64,000 nt of DNA from an uncultured delta proteobacterium (GTDB lineage: Bacteria; Desulfobacterota; Binatia; Binatales; Binataceae). The DNA lies in contig CAVURG010000006.1 in the NCBI GenBank assembly GCA_963743865.1, positions 75,198 to 139,197 on the forward strand, in the 5' to 3' direction. The translations under genes were made by a program, and so were the position numbers. Below the pieces are notes generated by a model. It saw only the letters and a program-made list of their open reading frames with translations. It was not told the DNA's origin and ran no database searches. Positions 14,060 through 24,053 of the stretch are shown piece by piece; positions within the stretch are counted from its first letter, which is position 1; each line of letters opens with the position of its first letter.

Positions 14060-14945
14060 GTCGATAAACCTCTTTCAAATGATTCACGCTCACATGAGTA
14101 TAGCGCTGCGTGGTCGCCAGGCTCGCATGGCCGAGCATTTCCTGTATCGATCTCAGGTCCGCCCCATTGCCAAGCATATGCGTTGCGAAACAGTGACGCA
14201 GCCCATGCGGCGTGATTGCCGCGCTCAGACCCACAGCCGCCAATCGCCGCTGCAGGATCATCTCGACGCTGCGCGTGGTCAGTCTGCCGCCGCGAAGATT
14301 GGTTATCACGGCGCTGTCGGGCTCCCACGCAACCGCCGTCGCACGCCGCCACGCCCGCAATGCATCCAGCGCAGGCTCGCCCAGCGGCACCAGCCGATCC
14401 TTGTTGCCCTTGCCCGCTCGCACCATGACCATCCCGAGTTCTTCGTCGATATCGCGCCAGTTGAGCCCGACCAGCTCGCCGACGCGCAGCCCCGACGAAT
14501 ACAGCGTCTCGAAGATCGCGCGATCGCGTATCGCCGCGGGCTTCGAGTCATCGGCAGATGCTTCGATCAGCCGGCGGACTTCGTCCGGCTGCAATATCGA
14601 GGGCAGGCGTCTTTCGTTTTTTGGCGAGCGAATCGATCGCGCGGGGCTTGGCTCGCCAATCGTCGTCTCGCGGTAGCGGAAAAATGCCTTGATCGCGCTC
14701 AGCCTGCGCTGGACGGTGGCGCGTTTTGCGTTTTTTTTCATCAATTCGGCCAGGTAGCTGCGGATATGATCGGCGGTGATGCGCTCGACGTCGATTTCCT
14801 CGACTCGTCTGCCGACCATCGCCGCCCGCTCGAGCATGAAACTTCGAAACGCGAGCAGATCGCGGCGATAGCTCGTCACCGTATTGTCCGCGGCGCGCGA
14901 CACCTTCTTCAGCGCCGCCGCAAAAGCCTCTACCTCCGCTTCCAT
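14040..14945 (-). CDS. xerC: Tyrosine recombinase XerC
   Basis: [44 protein letters not shown]; directly upstream of hslV. Confidence 0.88.
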   Translation of the reverse strand: MEAEVEAFAAALKKVSRAADNTVTSYRRDLLAFRSFMLERAAMVGRRVEEIDVERITADHIRSYLAELMKKNAKRATVQRRLSAIKAFFRYRETTIGEPSPARSIRSPKNERRLPSILQPDEVRRLIEASADDSKPAAIRDRAIFETLYSSGLRVGELVGLNWRDIDEELGMVMVRAGKGNKDRLVPLGEPALDALRAWRRATAVAWEPDSAVITNLRGGRLTTRSVEMILQRRLAAVGLSAAITPHGLRHCFATHMLGNGADLRSIQEMLGHASLATTQRYTHVSVNHLKEVYRRAFPRV

Positions 14946-15099
14946 TGTCTCGCGCGCACCCACCTGAGCGGCTATGCTATCAGCGGCGATTCGGCCGAAA
15001 AAGCATGCCGCTCTCAGCGCGTCCCCCAGGGAACCAACGCTTTCGAATTATGGGAATATCGCTGCGCACGATGCCGCGCGAAGAGCGCGCCGCCTCGCT

Positions 15100-15396
15100 A
15101 TGAACTGCTGGAATTGCGCAAAGAAGATCGAAGTCATCGCCGGGATGGATCGCGTCGGTTTTCGCGACGAATGTCCCGGATGCGGCCGCGCGCTGCACTC
15201 ATGCCGCAACTGCGGCTTTTTCGATCCGGCCTACAACAACAGTTGCCGTGAGACGATGGCCGAGCGGGTGGTGGACAAGGAACGATTTAATTTCTGCGAA
15301 TACTTCATGCCCGGCGATGCAGCCGTCAGGCCGCCGGCGAAAACGAAAGCCGGCGCGCAGAGCAAGCTGGAGGCTCTCTTCAAGAAAAAATCATGA
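15100..15396 (+). CDS. Small Cys-rich hypothetical protein
   Basis: CWNC..CPGC..HSCRNC..C..NFCEYF; 4-nt overlap with the next gene. Confidence 0.75.
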   Translation: MNCWNCAKKIEVIAGMDRVGFRDECPGCGRALHSCRNCGFFDPAYNNSCRETMAERVVDKERFNFCEYFMPGDAAVRPPAKTKAGAQSKLEALFKKKS

Positions 15397-15821
15397 CATC
15401 CTGCAGATTCCTGCTTCGCGACCGCTGCGCCGGGCTTGTTTTCATCGCGGCGTTCGCTTCGATCGTCGCCGCCGGATGCCATCCGGCCAACAGCGCGCGC
15501 GGCGTCGCCGATCGCTTCGTCGATCAATACTATGTGGCGATCAATCTGAAGGCGGCCGAGCCATTCTGCACCGGCCTCGCACTCGACAAGCTTCATCGCG
15601 AGATACAGATGATCGGCGGCCAGAAGATCGACGCCAATACTCACAAGCCCACCGTGCATTACAAACTCACTGCCGAGCGCGACGGCGCCGACCATGTCGA
15701 GTTCCTGTTTCGCGCGACCATCGAGGTGCCCGACGGCGGCAGCTTCAATCGCAACTTGCTGATCACGGCGCGCAAGACCGGCGACACGTGGAAAGTCTCG
15801 AACTTCGATGACTACGAATAG
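15393..15821 (+). CDS. Hypothetical lipoprotein
   Basis: Hydrophobic signal ending VAAGC; coupled between neighbouring genes. Confidence 0.7.
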   Translation: MTSCRFLLRDRCAGLVFIAAFASIVAAGCHPANSARGVADRFVDQYYVAINLKAAEPFCTGLALDKLHREIQMIGGQKIDANTHKPTVHYKLTAERDGADHVEFLFRATIEVPDGGSFNRNLLITARKTGDTWKVSNFDDYE

Positions 15822-15833
15822 CCGAGACCGATC

Positions 15834-17228
15834 ATGAGCCTCGCCGCAATCATTCTCGCTGCGGGCAAAGGGACCAGGATGCGCTCGAAGCGGGCCAAGG
15901 TCCTGCACGAGCTTGGCGGAGAACCGATGATCGCGCGCGCGATTCGCGCCGTCGCCGCGCTCGAGCCCGAGCCGCTCGTGATCGTCGTGGGCCACCAGGC
16001 TGGCGAAGTCGAGGCCGCCGCAAGCTTCTCCCGAGCGCGATTCGCGCTCCAGGAGCCTCAGCGCGGCACCGGCGACGCCGCTCGATGCGGCCTGGGCCAG
16101 GTTCCCGCGGGCTTCACCGGCGACGTGCTTATCGCTTACGGCGACATGCCGGCAATCACGCCGGCGACGCTGCGCGCCTTTCTGGACGCGCATCGAAAGC
16201 GCGGCGCAAAGCTCTCGTTCATCAGCATCATGCTCGACGATCCGGCTGCGTACGGCCGGGTGGTTCGCGACGCCAGCGGCAAGGTCGAGAAAATCGTCGA
16301 GTTCCGCGACGCGTCGCCGGCCGAGCGCGCGATCAAGGAAATCAATACCGGCTTTTACCTGGTCGATGCGGCGATCCTTCGGTCGGCGCTGGCGGAACTG
16401 AAAGCGGGCAACGCGCAGAGTGAGTATTACCTGACCGATATCGTTGCGATCGCGCGCGCTCGCGGCGAAAGCGAAAAAGTCGAAGCGTGGGTTGCTGCCG
16501 ACCCGGCGCAGTTCGCCGGAATCAACTCGCGCGAGGAGCTGGCAAATATGGAAGCGGAAATTCGTGCGGCGGTTAACCGAAAGCTGATGCAATCCGGCGT
16601 GACGCTCGTCGATCCTCCTACCGCCTACATTTCTGAACAAGCGGAAATCGCGCCCGATTGCGTAATCGGTCCCAACGTCCAGATTATCGGCGCGTGCAAG
16701 CTCGGCGAGGGCGTGCGAATCGACGGCACCGCATGGCTCAGCAACGTGACGATTGGCCCGCGATGCCATCTGAAGCTGGGCGTGCGCGCCGAAGATTGCG
16801 TGATCGGCGAAGAATCCGAAATCGGCCCGTTCGCCAACTTGCGCGCCGGCACCGAGCTTGCCGGGCACAACCGGATTGGCAATTTCGTCGAGACCAAAAA
16901 GGCGCGGCTCGGACGCGGCACCAAGGCCAGCCATCTGAGCTACCTCGGCGACGCCACTATCGGCGCCGACACCAACGTCGGATGCGGCGTTATCACGGTG
17001 AATTACGACGGCTACGACAAGCATCAGACGGTGATCGGCGACCGCTGCATGGTCGGATGCGACACGCAACTGGTCGCGCCGGTCAAGGTCGGCAGCGACG
17101 TGTTCGTCGCGTCAGGGACGACGATTGTTCGCGAGGTGCCCGACGGCGCGCTGGTGATGTCGCATCATCCGCAGCGCGAAAGGGCCGGCTGGATGGCGGC
17201 CTGGCGCAAGCGCCACGGGCAGGGGTGA
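15834..17228 (+). CDS. glmU: Bifunctional UDP-GlcNAc pyrophosphorylase / GlcN-1-P acetyltransferase
   Basis: LAAGKGTRM, EYYLTD, GNFVETK, HLSYLGD, NYDG, hexapeptide repeats. Confidence 0.97.
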   Translation: MSLAAIILAAGKGTRMRSKRAKVLHELGGEPMIARAIRAVAALEPEPLVIVVGHQAGEVEAAASFSRARFALQEPQRGTGDAARCGLGQVPAGFTGDVLIAYGDMPAITPATLRAFLDAHRKRGAKLSFISIMLDDPAAYGRVVRDASGKVEKIVEFRDASPAERAIKEINTGFYLVDAAILRSALAELKAGNAQSEYYLTDIVAIARARGESEKVEAWVAADPAQFAGINSREELANMEAEIRAAVNRKLMQSGVTLVDPPTAYISEQAEIAPDCVIGPNVQIIGACKLGEGVRIDGTAWLSNVTIGPRCHLKLGVRAEDCVIGEESEIGPFANLRAGTELAGHNRIGNFVETKKARLGRGTKASHLSYLGDATIGADTNVGCGVITVNYDGYDKHQTVIGDRCMVGCDTQLVAPVKVGSDVFVASGTTIVREVPDGALVMSHHPQRERAGWMAAWRKRHGQG

Positions 17229-17490
17229 CGGCAGCACCCAATGTTAAGGCCGCCCGCCGTTGGCGGGCGCGGCATGAAGGAAGAATCACCTGCGCGGTGG
17301 GCGGCAGGGGCTGCGGCCCCTGCACCCGCAGTGAGAAGACGCGAAAATCTGCGCAGCGCATCTTTTCGCGACTACGCGACGGCCAGGGGTGACCCCTGCA
17401 CCTGGTGAAAAGTGAAAAGTAAAAAGAAAAGATGCGGGCTTCGCCCTGTTAGAACTTTTTTTGTGTCATCCTGAGCGCAGCGAAGGATCT
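17219..17490. repeat. Cluster of REP-like palindromic repeats
   Basis: 28-mer TAAGGCCGCCCGCCGTTGGCGGGCGCGG (17245-17272); two CAGGGG-n-CCCCTGCACC hairpins; 32-mer 17424-17455 repeated at 61058; TGTCATCCTGAGCGCAGCGAAGGATCT at 17464-17490. Confidence 0.8.
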
Positions 17491-17686
17491 CGCGCGCCAG
17501 CGCGTATCGCTTCAGCACCAACATCCGGTTACGCAAAGCTCTCCCTGTCAGGGCGAGGCAAACATGCCACCGAAGCCGCAATAAGGATCATTGAGGTCAT
17601 CACGTCGCTTGAACGAGGTTTCCTGAAAAGGAATAATCATCCCAACGAGGTGACGGTCGAAGCGATAGAAAACAGAGAGCGAGAGT

Positions 17687-17833
17687 AGCGCCAGGACTCA
17701 TGGCCGCATCGCGCCATGAGTTGACGAGGTGGAAGCAGTATCGAAAGATTCGGCGGATGGCTTCCCGGCTCCACAGTCGATAGAGGTGAGCAAACCGCGC
17801 GAGCGATCGCGCGACAAAGTACGCCTTGCGTGG
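17687..17833 (+). ncRNA. glmS ribozyme (GlcN6P-activated self-cleaving riboswitch)
   Basis: AGCGCCAGGACT, P1 ACTCATGGC/GCCATGAGT, TGACGAGG, GGAAGC/GCTTCC, TATCGAAAGATTCGGCGGATG, CGGCT/AGTCG, GCGA-capped P4 hairpin, CCAC/GTGG pseudoknot; 134 nt upstream of the glmS ATG. Confidence 0.93.
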
Positions 17834-17966
17834 CAGAGCATCCGGCTCTGACGTGATTTCCTAAACTCTCCTGCACAAATCGTATCGCGATCGTTTCGCC
17901 CTGAGCCGGTGGGTTCGGATAACTCTGCAAACTTCCCTGCGAATCCGGGGAAAGGAGCGAACGATC

Positions 17967-19797
17967 ATGTGCGGAATAATCGGATACGTCGGGCCGCGCG
18001 AAGCCTACCCTATCCTGCTCGAAGGGCTGGGCCGGCTGGAGTATCGCGGCTACGATTCGGCCGGCATCGCGACTTTAGTTGACCACCAGCTCGAAATTCG
18101 CCGCGCCAAGGGCAAGCTCGACAACCTGCGCCATCTGCTGGCCGACTCTCCGCTGCACGGACACATCGGAATCGGGCACACGCGATGGGCGACTCACGGC
18201 CGCCCGTCGGAAGAAAATGCGCATCCGCACAAAGCCGGGCCGGTCGCCGTCATCCACAACGGCATCGTCGAGAACTTCATCGAGCTGCGCGCCGAACTGC
18301 TCGCTCGCGGCCACAAGCTGCGCTCCGAAACCGACACCGAGCTGATCTCGCACCTGATCGAGGAAAAGCTCAAAGGCGGCCGCGGGCTGACCGAGGCCGT
18401 GCGCGAAGCCGTCTTGCGGCTGCGCGGTTCGTTCTCGATCGTCGTGCTGTCGGAAACCGAACCCGACAAGCTGGTCGCCGCCAAGACCGCGACGCCGTTG
18501 GTGTTGGGGCTGGGCGACGGCGAGAACTTTGTCGCGTCGGATATTCCCGCGATTCTCGAACACACGCGCCGCGCGATCGTGCTCGAAGACGGCGAGCTGG
18601 CCGAGGTCACCGCCACCGCCGCGCGGCTGATGAAGTTCGATGGCACCGCGGTCACTCGCGCGGCCCCGTCAAGTGGAATGGGACGCCGTCGCCGCGACCA
18701 AGGGCGGCTTTCGCCATTACCTGCGCAAGGAAATCAACGACCAGCCGCAGGCGTGGATCGACACGATGGCGGGGCGGGCGGACGGCGGCTCGACCAGCGT
18801 CCGCTTCGAGGGCGAACTGATGCCGGCGGGCGGGCCTGCGTCGATCGGGCGAATCGTGATGCTGGGTGCGGGCGCGTCGTGGATAACCGCGCAGGTGGCC
18901 AAGTTCATGATCGAGGAACTCGCCGCGATTCCGGTCGAGGTCGATTACTCATCCGAGTTCCGCTATCGCCGGCCGCCGATCGACGGCCGCACGATGATCA
19001 TCGCCGTGTCGCAGTCGGGCGAGACCGCCGACACGATCGCCGCGATGGAAGAAGGACGCGCGCGCGGTGCGCATCTGCTGGCGATCACCAACACGGTGGA
19101 TTCGTCGATCGCGCGCAAGGCCGACGCGCAGTTGTACACGCGATGCGGTCCCGAGACGAGCGTGACGACGACCAAATGCTTTCTCACGCAGCTCGAGGCT
19201 TACTATCTGTTCGCGATTCATCTGGCGGCGCGGATGGGACGGCTGTCCGGCGCGGACGCCGGGAAGTTGCTGCAGCCGGCGTTCGCGATCCCCGGACAGA
19301 TCGAGGCGATTTTCGAGCGCGAGCCGAATATTCAGCAGATCGCGCGCAAGTACGCGCCGGCGCGGGACTTCCTGTTCCTCGGCCGCGGCATCAACTACCC
19401 GATCGCGCTCGAGGGCGCGCTCAAGCTGAAGGAAATTTCCTACATCCACGCCGAGGGTTACTCCGCGGGCGAGATGAAGCACGGGCCGATCGCGCTTATC
19501 GACGAGAAGATGCCGGTGGTGGTGATAATTCCCAACGACGACTTGTTCGAGAAGTCGATGTCGAATCTGAAGGAGGTCGAATCGCGCAACGGCCGGATTA
19601 TCGCGGTGACCAATCGCGCGACCGCCGAGCTGAAAAGCGTCGCCGCGGAAATTATCGAGGTGCCGGAGACAAACCGGATGCTGACGCCCGTGCTGATGAC
19701 GGTGCCGCTGCAGTTGCTCGCGTATCATATCGCGGTGGAGCGCGGCACCGACGTCGATCAGCCGCGCAATCTGGCGAAGTCAGTGACGGTCGAGTAG
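17967..19797 (+). CDS. glmS: Glutamine--fructose-6-phosphate transaminase (frameshift near 18665)
   Basis: MCGIIG, LEYRGYDSAG, GHTRWATHG; second frame SQSGETADT, EGALKLKE, QPRNLAKSVTVE. Confidence 0.97.
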
Positions 19798-19865
19798 GCA
19801 GGGGTGAGCCCTGCACCCACCGGTAAGGCCGCCCGCCGTTGGCGGGCGCGGACCCTGCCAACGGC
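19794..19865 (+). repeat. ~70-bp REP-like unit starting at the glmS stop
   Basis: GTAGGCAGGGGTGAGCCCTGCACCCA, the 28-mer (19824-19851), then CCCTGCCAACGGC; near-identical inverted copy at 58514-58584. Confidence 0.85.
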
Positions 19866-20067
19866 GCGCGGGTTGATGTCGGTCGAGCGCGGCGTTGGCG
19901 CTGATTTCCGCGCTGAACAGCACGCTGGCGCATCGCGACTGCATGCGCTTGACATCCGGGTTCGCGCCGAAGATCGAATCGAGCATCCGATGGCTTTAAT
20001 CGCGCGGCTAGCGCGCAGATCACTTGCCGAGTTAACCTTCCAGACAGGAATTTGCATTGACAAGGGC

Positions 20068-20849
20068 ATGACTACAACACGGGAGCGAGGATGGACTGTC
20101 GCGGTCGCGGCGTCGGCGATAATCGTGGCGATGGCCGGTGCGCGCCCCGCGTTTTCAGCCGATGCGCTCAGCTTTCCGCCGACCAGGTTCGAGATTCTGA
20201 ATCCTGATACCGGTATTGCGATCGGGCGCGGGCCGCTACCGTATCGACAGTACCGGCGAGGGCGCGACGTTGCACGGCGAGAATAACTACTACGACGATC
20301 AGTCCGACGTCGAGACCGCCGAGTTGCAGCCGGGAGCCGGCGGCGAGCCGCCCAGGCTGGTCGAATTCGATCACACGTTCTTCAACGCCGACGGATCGAT
20401 CCAGCGCCGCGCCCATCTGGATCTGAAGTCGGGCGCCGCGACCTGTATCGACAACTCCGGCGCACAAAAGAGCGAGCAGTCCGAAGCTGCTCAGCATCCC
20501 GGACAACACCTGGGCGGGCGCGAGCATAGTGATTCCGATCCAGGATTTATTGCGCGCGGGCGACAAGGGATTGGCTCGTCCAATCCACGTCTTCAACTGC
20601 GCTCCCAGCCCGAAGATATTTGCGATCAGCGTGAAGATCGATCCGGAAAATACGGTGTGGGCGGCCTACGGCGCCGAGGCGATCCGAGTCGAAGTCCGGC
20701 CGGATTTTGGATGGTTGAACATAATCGTCGCGCCTTTGGTGCCCAAGCTTCACGCATGGTTCGATCCGAACGACGGATTCGCGTTCGTCGGCGACGAAGC
20801 CACGCGGTACTACAAGGGCCCGCGGATCATGCTGGTGAAGACCCGTTGA
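20068..20849 (+). CDS. Exported hypothetical protein (frameshifts near 20230 and 20485)
   Basis: Signal peptide ending PAFSA; three overlapping ORFs join into one plausible protein. Confidence 0.6.
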
Positions 20850-21035
20850 GACGGGTCCACAGGGGCCGCGACGCTTGAGATGCTTGAGCCAGATCGCTCG
20901 GCAACGTGACGCCCGTTGAGACAGGAGCGGTCGCTGCGGTAGCGGCGCGGTCGTCGCTGCGACGACCGCGCAGGGAAAGAGGTCGCCTGAGGGCGCGGAT
21001 AGGATGTGTTTCGCTGAGTGACAGCCAGTGAAAAA

Positions 21036-21251
21036 CTAAAAGTGGACGATGCCCTCGCCGTCGGGATGGCGCGCATTTTTTGCGGGTTTGGGCTTTCGAT
21101 ACTGAAACGAGGTCTTGCACTGCTGGCAGGTGCCTTCGGGCTGTTGGCCGCTGCGGCGCACCAGTTTTACGTAGCGCACGGTTCCGCCGTCGCACAGATG
21201 AGCAGCGACGGGGAAGTCGTACACCGTACGGACCGTGATTTTCTCGCTCAT
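21036..21251 (-). CDS. 71-aa protein with possible Zn ribbon
   Basis: GAGGAG RBS; HLC..CQQC; AT-rich upstream region. Confidence 0.6.
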   Translation of the reverse strand: MSEKITVRTVYDFPVAAHLCDGGTVRYVKLVRRSGQQPEGTCQQCKTSFQYRKPKPAKNARHPDGEGIVHF

Positions 21252-21514
21252 TCTTCGCTAGCGCTCCTCAAGTCAGTTGGTCTCTCCCGCCATTTGGTAC
21301 GCACGACGACTTTTTTCGTTTCAACTTTTCCACCACGCGCCCGAGTCACACTCGAATCAAACAAGATAGTGAAATCGCGCTGGCGATCAATCTTTTTGAC
21401 GATCAATTCAGAAAATATTTTTTTCAGTCTTGTTCGGTTTTCCCCTTCTCACCGACGCCCGCGGGCGCGCCGCTTTACGCGGCGACGACTTGTGCTAGCT
21501 TTTTCGACGGATCG

Positions 21515-23024
21515 ATGGAACGCCGGCTCACAAAACTTCTGGTCGCCAATCGCGGCGAAATCGCGCTTCGGATCATCCGCAGTGCGCGCCTGTTCGGCCT
21601 AAAAACCGTGGCTGTCTATTCGGCGGCGGATGCGAAAGGCGCACACGTCGGCGCGGCTGACGAGGCAATTGCGATCGGACCCGCCGAGGCCGCAAAGAGC
21701 TACCTCGACATCGCGGCGATAATCGCGGCCGCAAAGCATTCCGGCGCCGACGCGATTCATCCGGGCTACGGATTTCTCTCCGAGCGTCCCGAGTTCGCGC
21801 AGGCCGCGGCCGATGCGCAGATCGTGTTTGTCGGACCGCGGCCGGAGGTGATGGCGGCGCTCGGCGACAAAGTCGCGGCACGGCGAATCGCAGTTGCAGC
21901 CGGGGTTCCGGTGGTGCCGGGAATCGAAGCCGCGGAAATTTCCGCGACGCGCGAGTATGCCGCGCTCGTGGGCTACCCGCTGGTGGTCAAGGCTGCGGCA
22001 GGCGGAGGCGGACGCGGGATGCGCGTCGATTGCAGAAGCCGCGCAACTCGAGAGCGCGCTGGGAGCGGCCGCGCGCGAAGCCGCGGCGGCATTCGGCGAC
22101 GGGCGGATATTCATCGAAAAATATCTCGCGCATCCGCGCCACATCGAGATACAGTTTCTCGGCGACGATCACGGCGCCGTGGCCGCTCTCGGCGAGCGCG
22201 ATTGCTCGATCCAGCGGCGGCATCAGAAGATTATCGAGGAGTCGCCGGCGCCCGGACTCACCGTCGAGATGCGCGCGAAAATAATCGACGCGGCGCTGAA
22301 ACTCGCGCGCGCGGCGCACTACACCAACGCCGGCACCGTGGAGTTTCTGGTCGAGGGCGACAACTTCTACTTCCTCGAGGTCAATGCGCGCCTGCAAGTC
22401 GAGCATCCTGTGACCGAGATGCGTTTTGGATGCGACCTGGTATGCGAGCAATTGCGGATCGCGTCGGGCGGCAAGGTGCCGGAGCCCGCGGCCCCGCGCG
22501 GCGCGGCGATCGAATGCCGAATCAACGCCGAGGATCCCGAGCATGACTTCCGTCCCGCGACGGGAACCGTGCTTCACCTGAGCGTTCCCGGCGGACCGGG
22601 CGTGCGCTTCGACTCGCATCTGGCGCGCGGCGCCGAAGTGACGCCGTGGTACGACGGTCTGCTCGGCAAGCTGGTCTGCTACGGCGCCAATCGCGAGGAG
22701 GCGCGCGGCAGGCTGGTCAATGCGCTCGACGAATTCGCTTTGCTTGGCGTGACGAATAACGCCGCCTACCTGCGCGATATCGTAGCGAGCGGGCAATTTC
22801 GCGACGCGAAACTCTCCACGCACTTCATCGACTCATTCTTTTCAGGGTGGGAGATCGGCAAGTCCGAAATCGATGCGGCAATTGTCGCGGCGGCGATTAC
22901 CGCCGGCGGCGCGATGGGCGATATCCCGTCAGACGGCGCTGCGTTGCCGTTGCCGGCCGGCGCCGAGCGTCGCTCGCCGTGGGACGATCTCAAAAACTTC
23001 GAGCTGTGGGGATCGCGGCGATGA
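21515..23024 (+). CDS. Acyl-CoA carboxylase biotin carboxylase subunit (frameshift near 22030)
   Basis: ANRGEIA, HPGYGFLSE, GGGGRGMR, ERDCSIQRRHQK, EVNARLQVEHPVTE. Confidence 0.92.
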
Positions 23025-23551
23025 AACTCACGCGCGCGGGTGACTCGCGCGAGATCGACGCCGAAGTGATCTCGCGCGACGGCAGCACGATTCGCGTCCG
23101 CATCGGAGACCGGCAACTCGCCGCGGAGTTCATGCCCAATGCGGACGGCGGCGGGGTGCTTACGATCGACGGGCGGCGCTACCCGGTTTTCGGCGCGCGG
23201 CGAAAGGATTCGATACTCGTTTCAGTCGGTCCCGCGTCCTTCGAGTTCAAGCCCGCGCAAGCGGCTTCCCGGCGCCGCGCGCGCGGGCTCGCAGCGCCGG
23301 AAATCATCGCGCCGATGCCCGGCAAGGTGCTCAAGGTGATGGTGCGCGATGGCGACCTGGTCGAGGCCGGACAGGCGCTGGTCGTGATCGAAGCGATGAA
23401 AATGGAAACGACGCTCGCCGCCGAGAGCGCGGCGATGGTGAAACATGTTCGCGTCGAGGAGGGTCAGATGGTCGATCACGGCGCGGTGCTGATCGAGCTT
23501 AGTCCGTCTCCGGCTTCGTCAGGTCGCGAATCCGCGCCTCGAGTTGAGTGA
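23021..23551 (+). CDS. Biotin carboxyl carrier protein
   Basis: APMPGKV, EAMKME. Confidence 0.92.
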   Translation: MKLTRAGDSREIDAEVISRDGSTIRVRIGDRQLAAEFMPNADGGGVLTIDGRRYPVFGARRKDSILVSVGPASFEFKPAQAASRRRARGLAAPEIIAPMPGKVLKVMVRDGDLVEAGQALVVIEAMKMETTLAAESAAMVKHVRVEEGQMVDHGAVLIELSPSPASSGRESAPRVE

Positions 23552-23732
23552 TCCAATCGTCGAAGTCGCCGTCGCGCTCGACGACTATCTCCAACTTGCC
23601 GTCTTTCAAAATCGAGACGCGCCCCGGATGCTCGGTGCGCAGCGGAATCACAACCGCCTCGCGCGAAATTCCCATCGGTTCGATCACCGCGAAGATTCTT
23701 TCAATTTCCTTCAGGGTGACGGCCTTGAGCAT
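23499..23732 (-). CDS. 77-aa hypothetical protein
   Basis: Protein-like composition; fills the gap; convergent overlap with the BCCP tail. Confidence 0.6.
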   Translation of the reverse strand: MLKAVTLKEIERIFAVIEPMGISREAVVIPLRTEHPGRVSILKDGKLEIVVERDGDFDDWITQLEARIRDLTKPETD

Positions 23733-23822
23733 GAGCGCGCCTCGTGCGAGCAGGCTCTTTACTTAAATCGCCGGCGTCGTAAGCTCAAGGCGCCGGCCCA
23801 ATATCGTTCGGCGGAGGATCGC

Positions 23823-24026
23823 GTGTTTGGCACAATCAAGAAGGTAGTCAAGGACAAGGGCTTCGGCTTCATCATCGCGGACGACGGCGGCGACGAAGTT
23901 TTCTTTCATCGCTCGGCGCTGTCGCCCAAGGTCTATTTCGACGACCTGCGCGAGGGCAACGAAGTTCAGTTCGACGTCCGTCCGGGCGAGAAGGGCCGTC
24001 AGGCATTCAACCTGCGCCTGCGGTGA
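23823..24026 (+). CDS. Cold-shock domain protein
   Basis: GGAGGA RBS and GTG start; KGFGFI (RNP1), VFFH (RNP2). Confidence 0.93.
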   Translation: MFGTIKKVVKDKGFGFIIADDGGDEVFFHRSALSPKVYFDDLREGNEVQFDVRPGEKGRQAFNLRLR

Positions 24027-24053
24027 CTCCGCAACCGATCTGGAATCCGCCGC

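Noticed and set aside
14040-14945. Tyrosine recombinase as a phage or island integrase
   Set aside because: XerC-type size and motifs in the conserved xerC-hslVU context; no att sites or cargo seen
17219-17490. Possible CRISPR array or integron attC sites
   Set aside because: Repeats are heterogeneous and dispersed, with no regular spacers, cas genes or integron integrase
19780-20069. Short minus-strand ORFs after glmS
   Set aside because: They run through the REP unit and show no recognisable motifs
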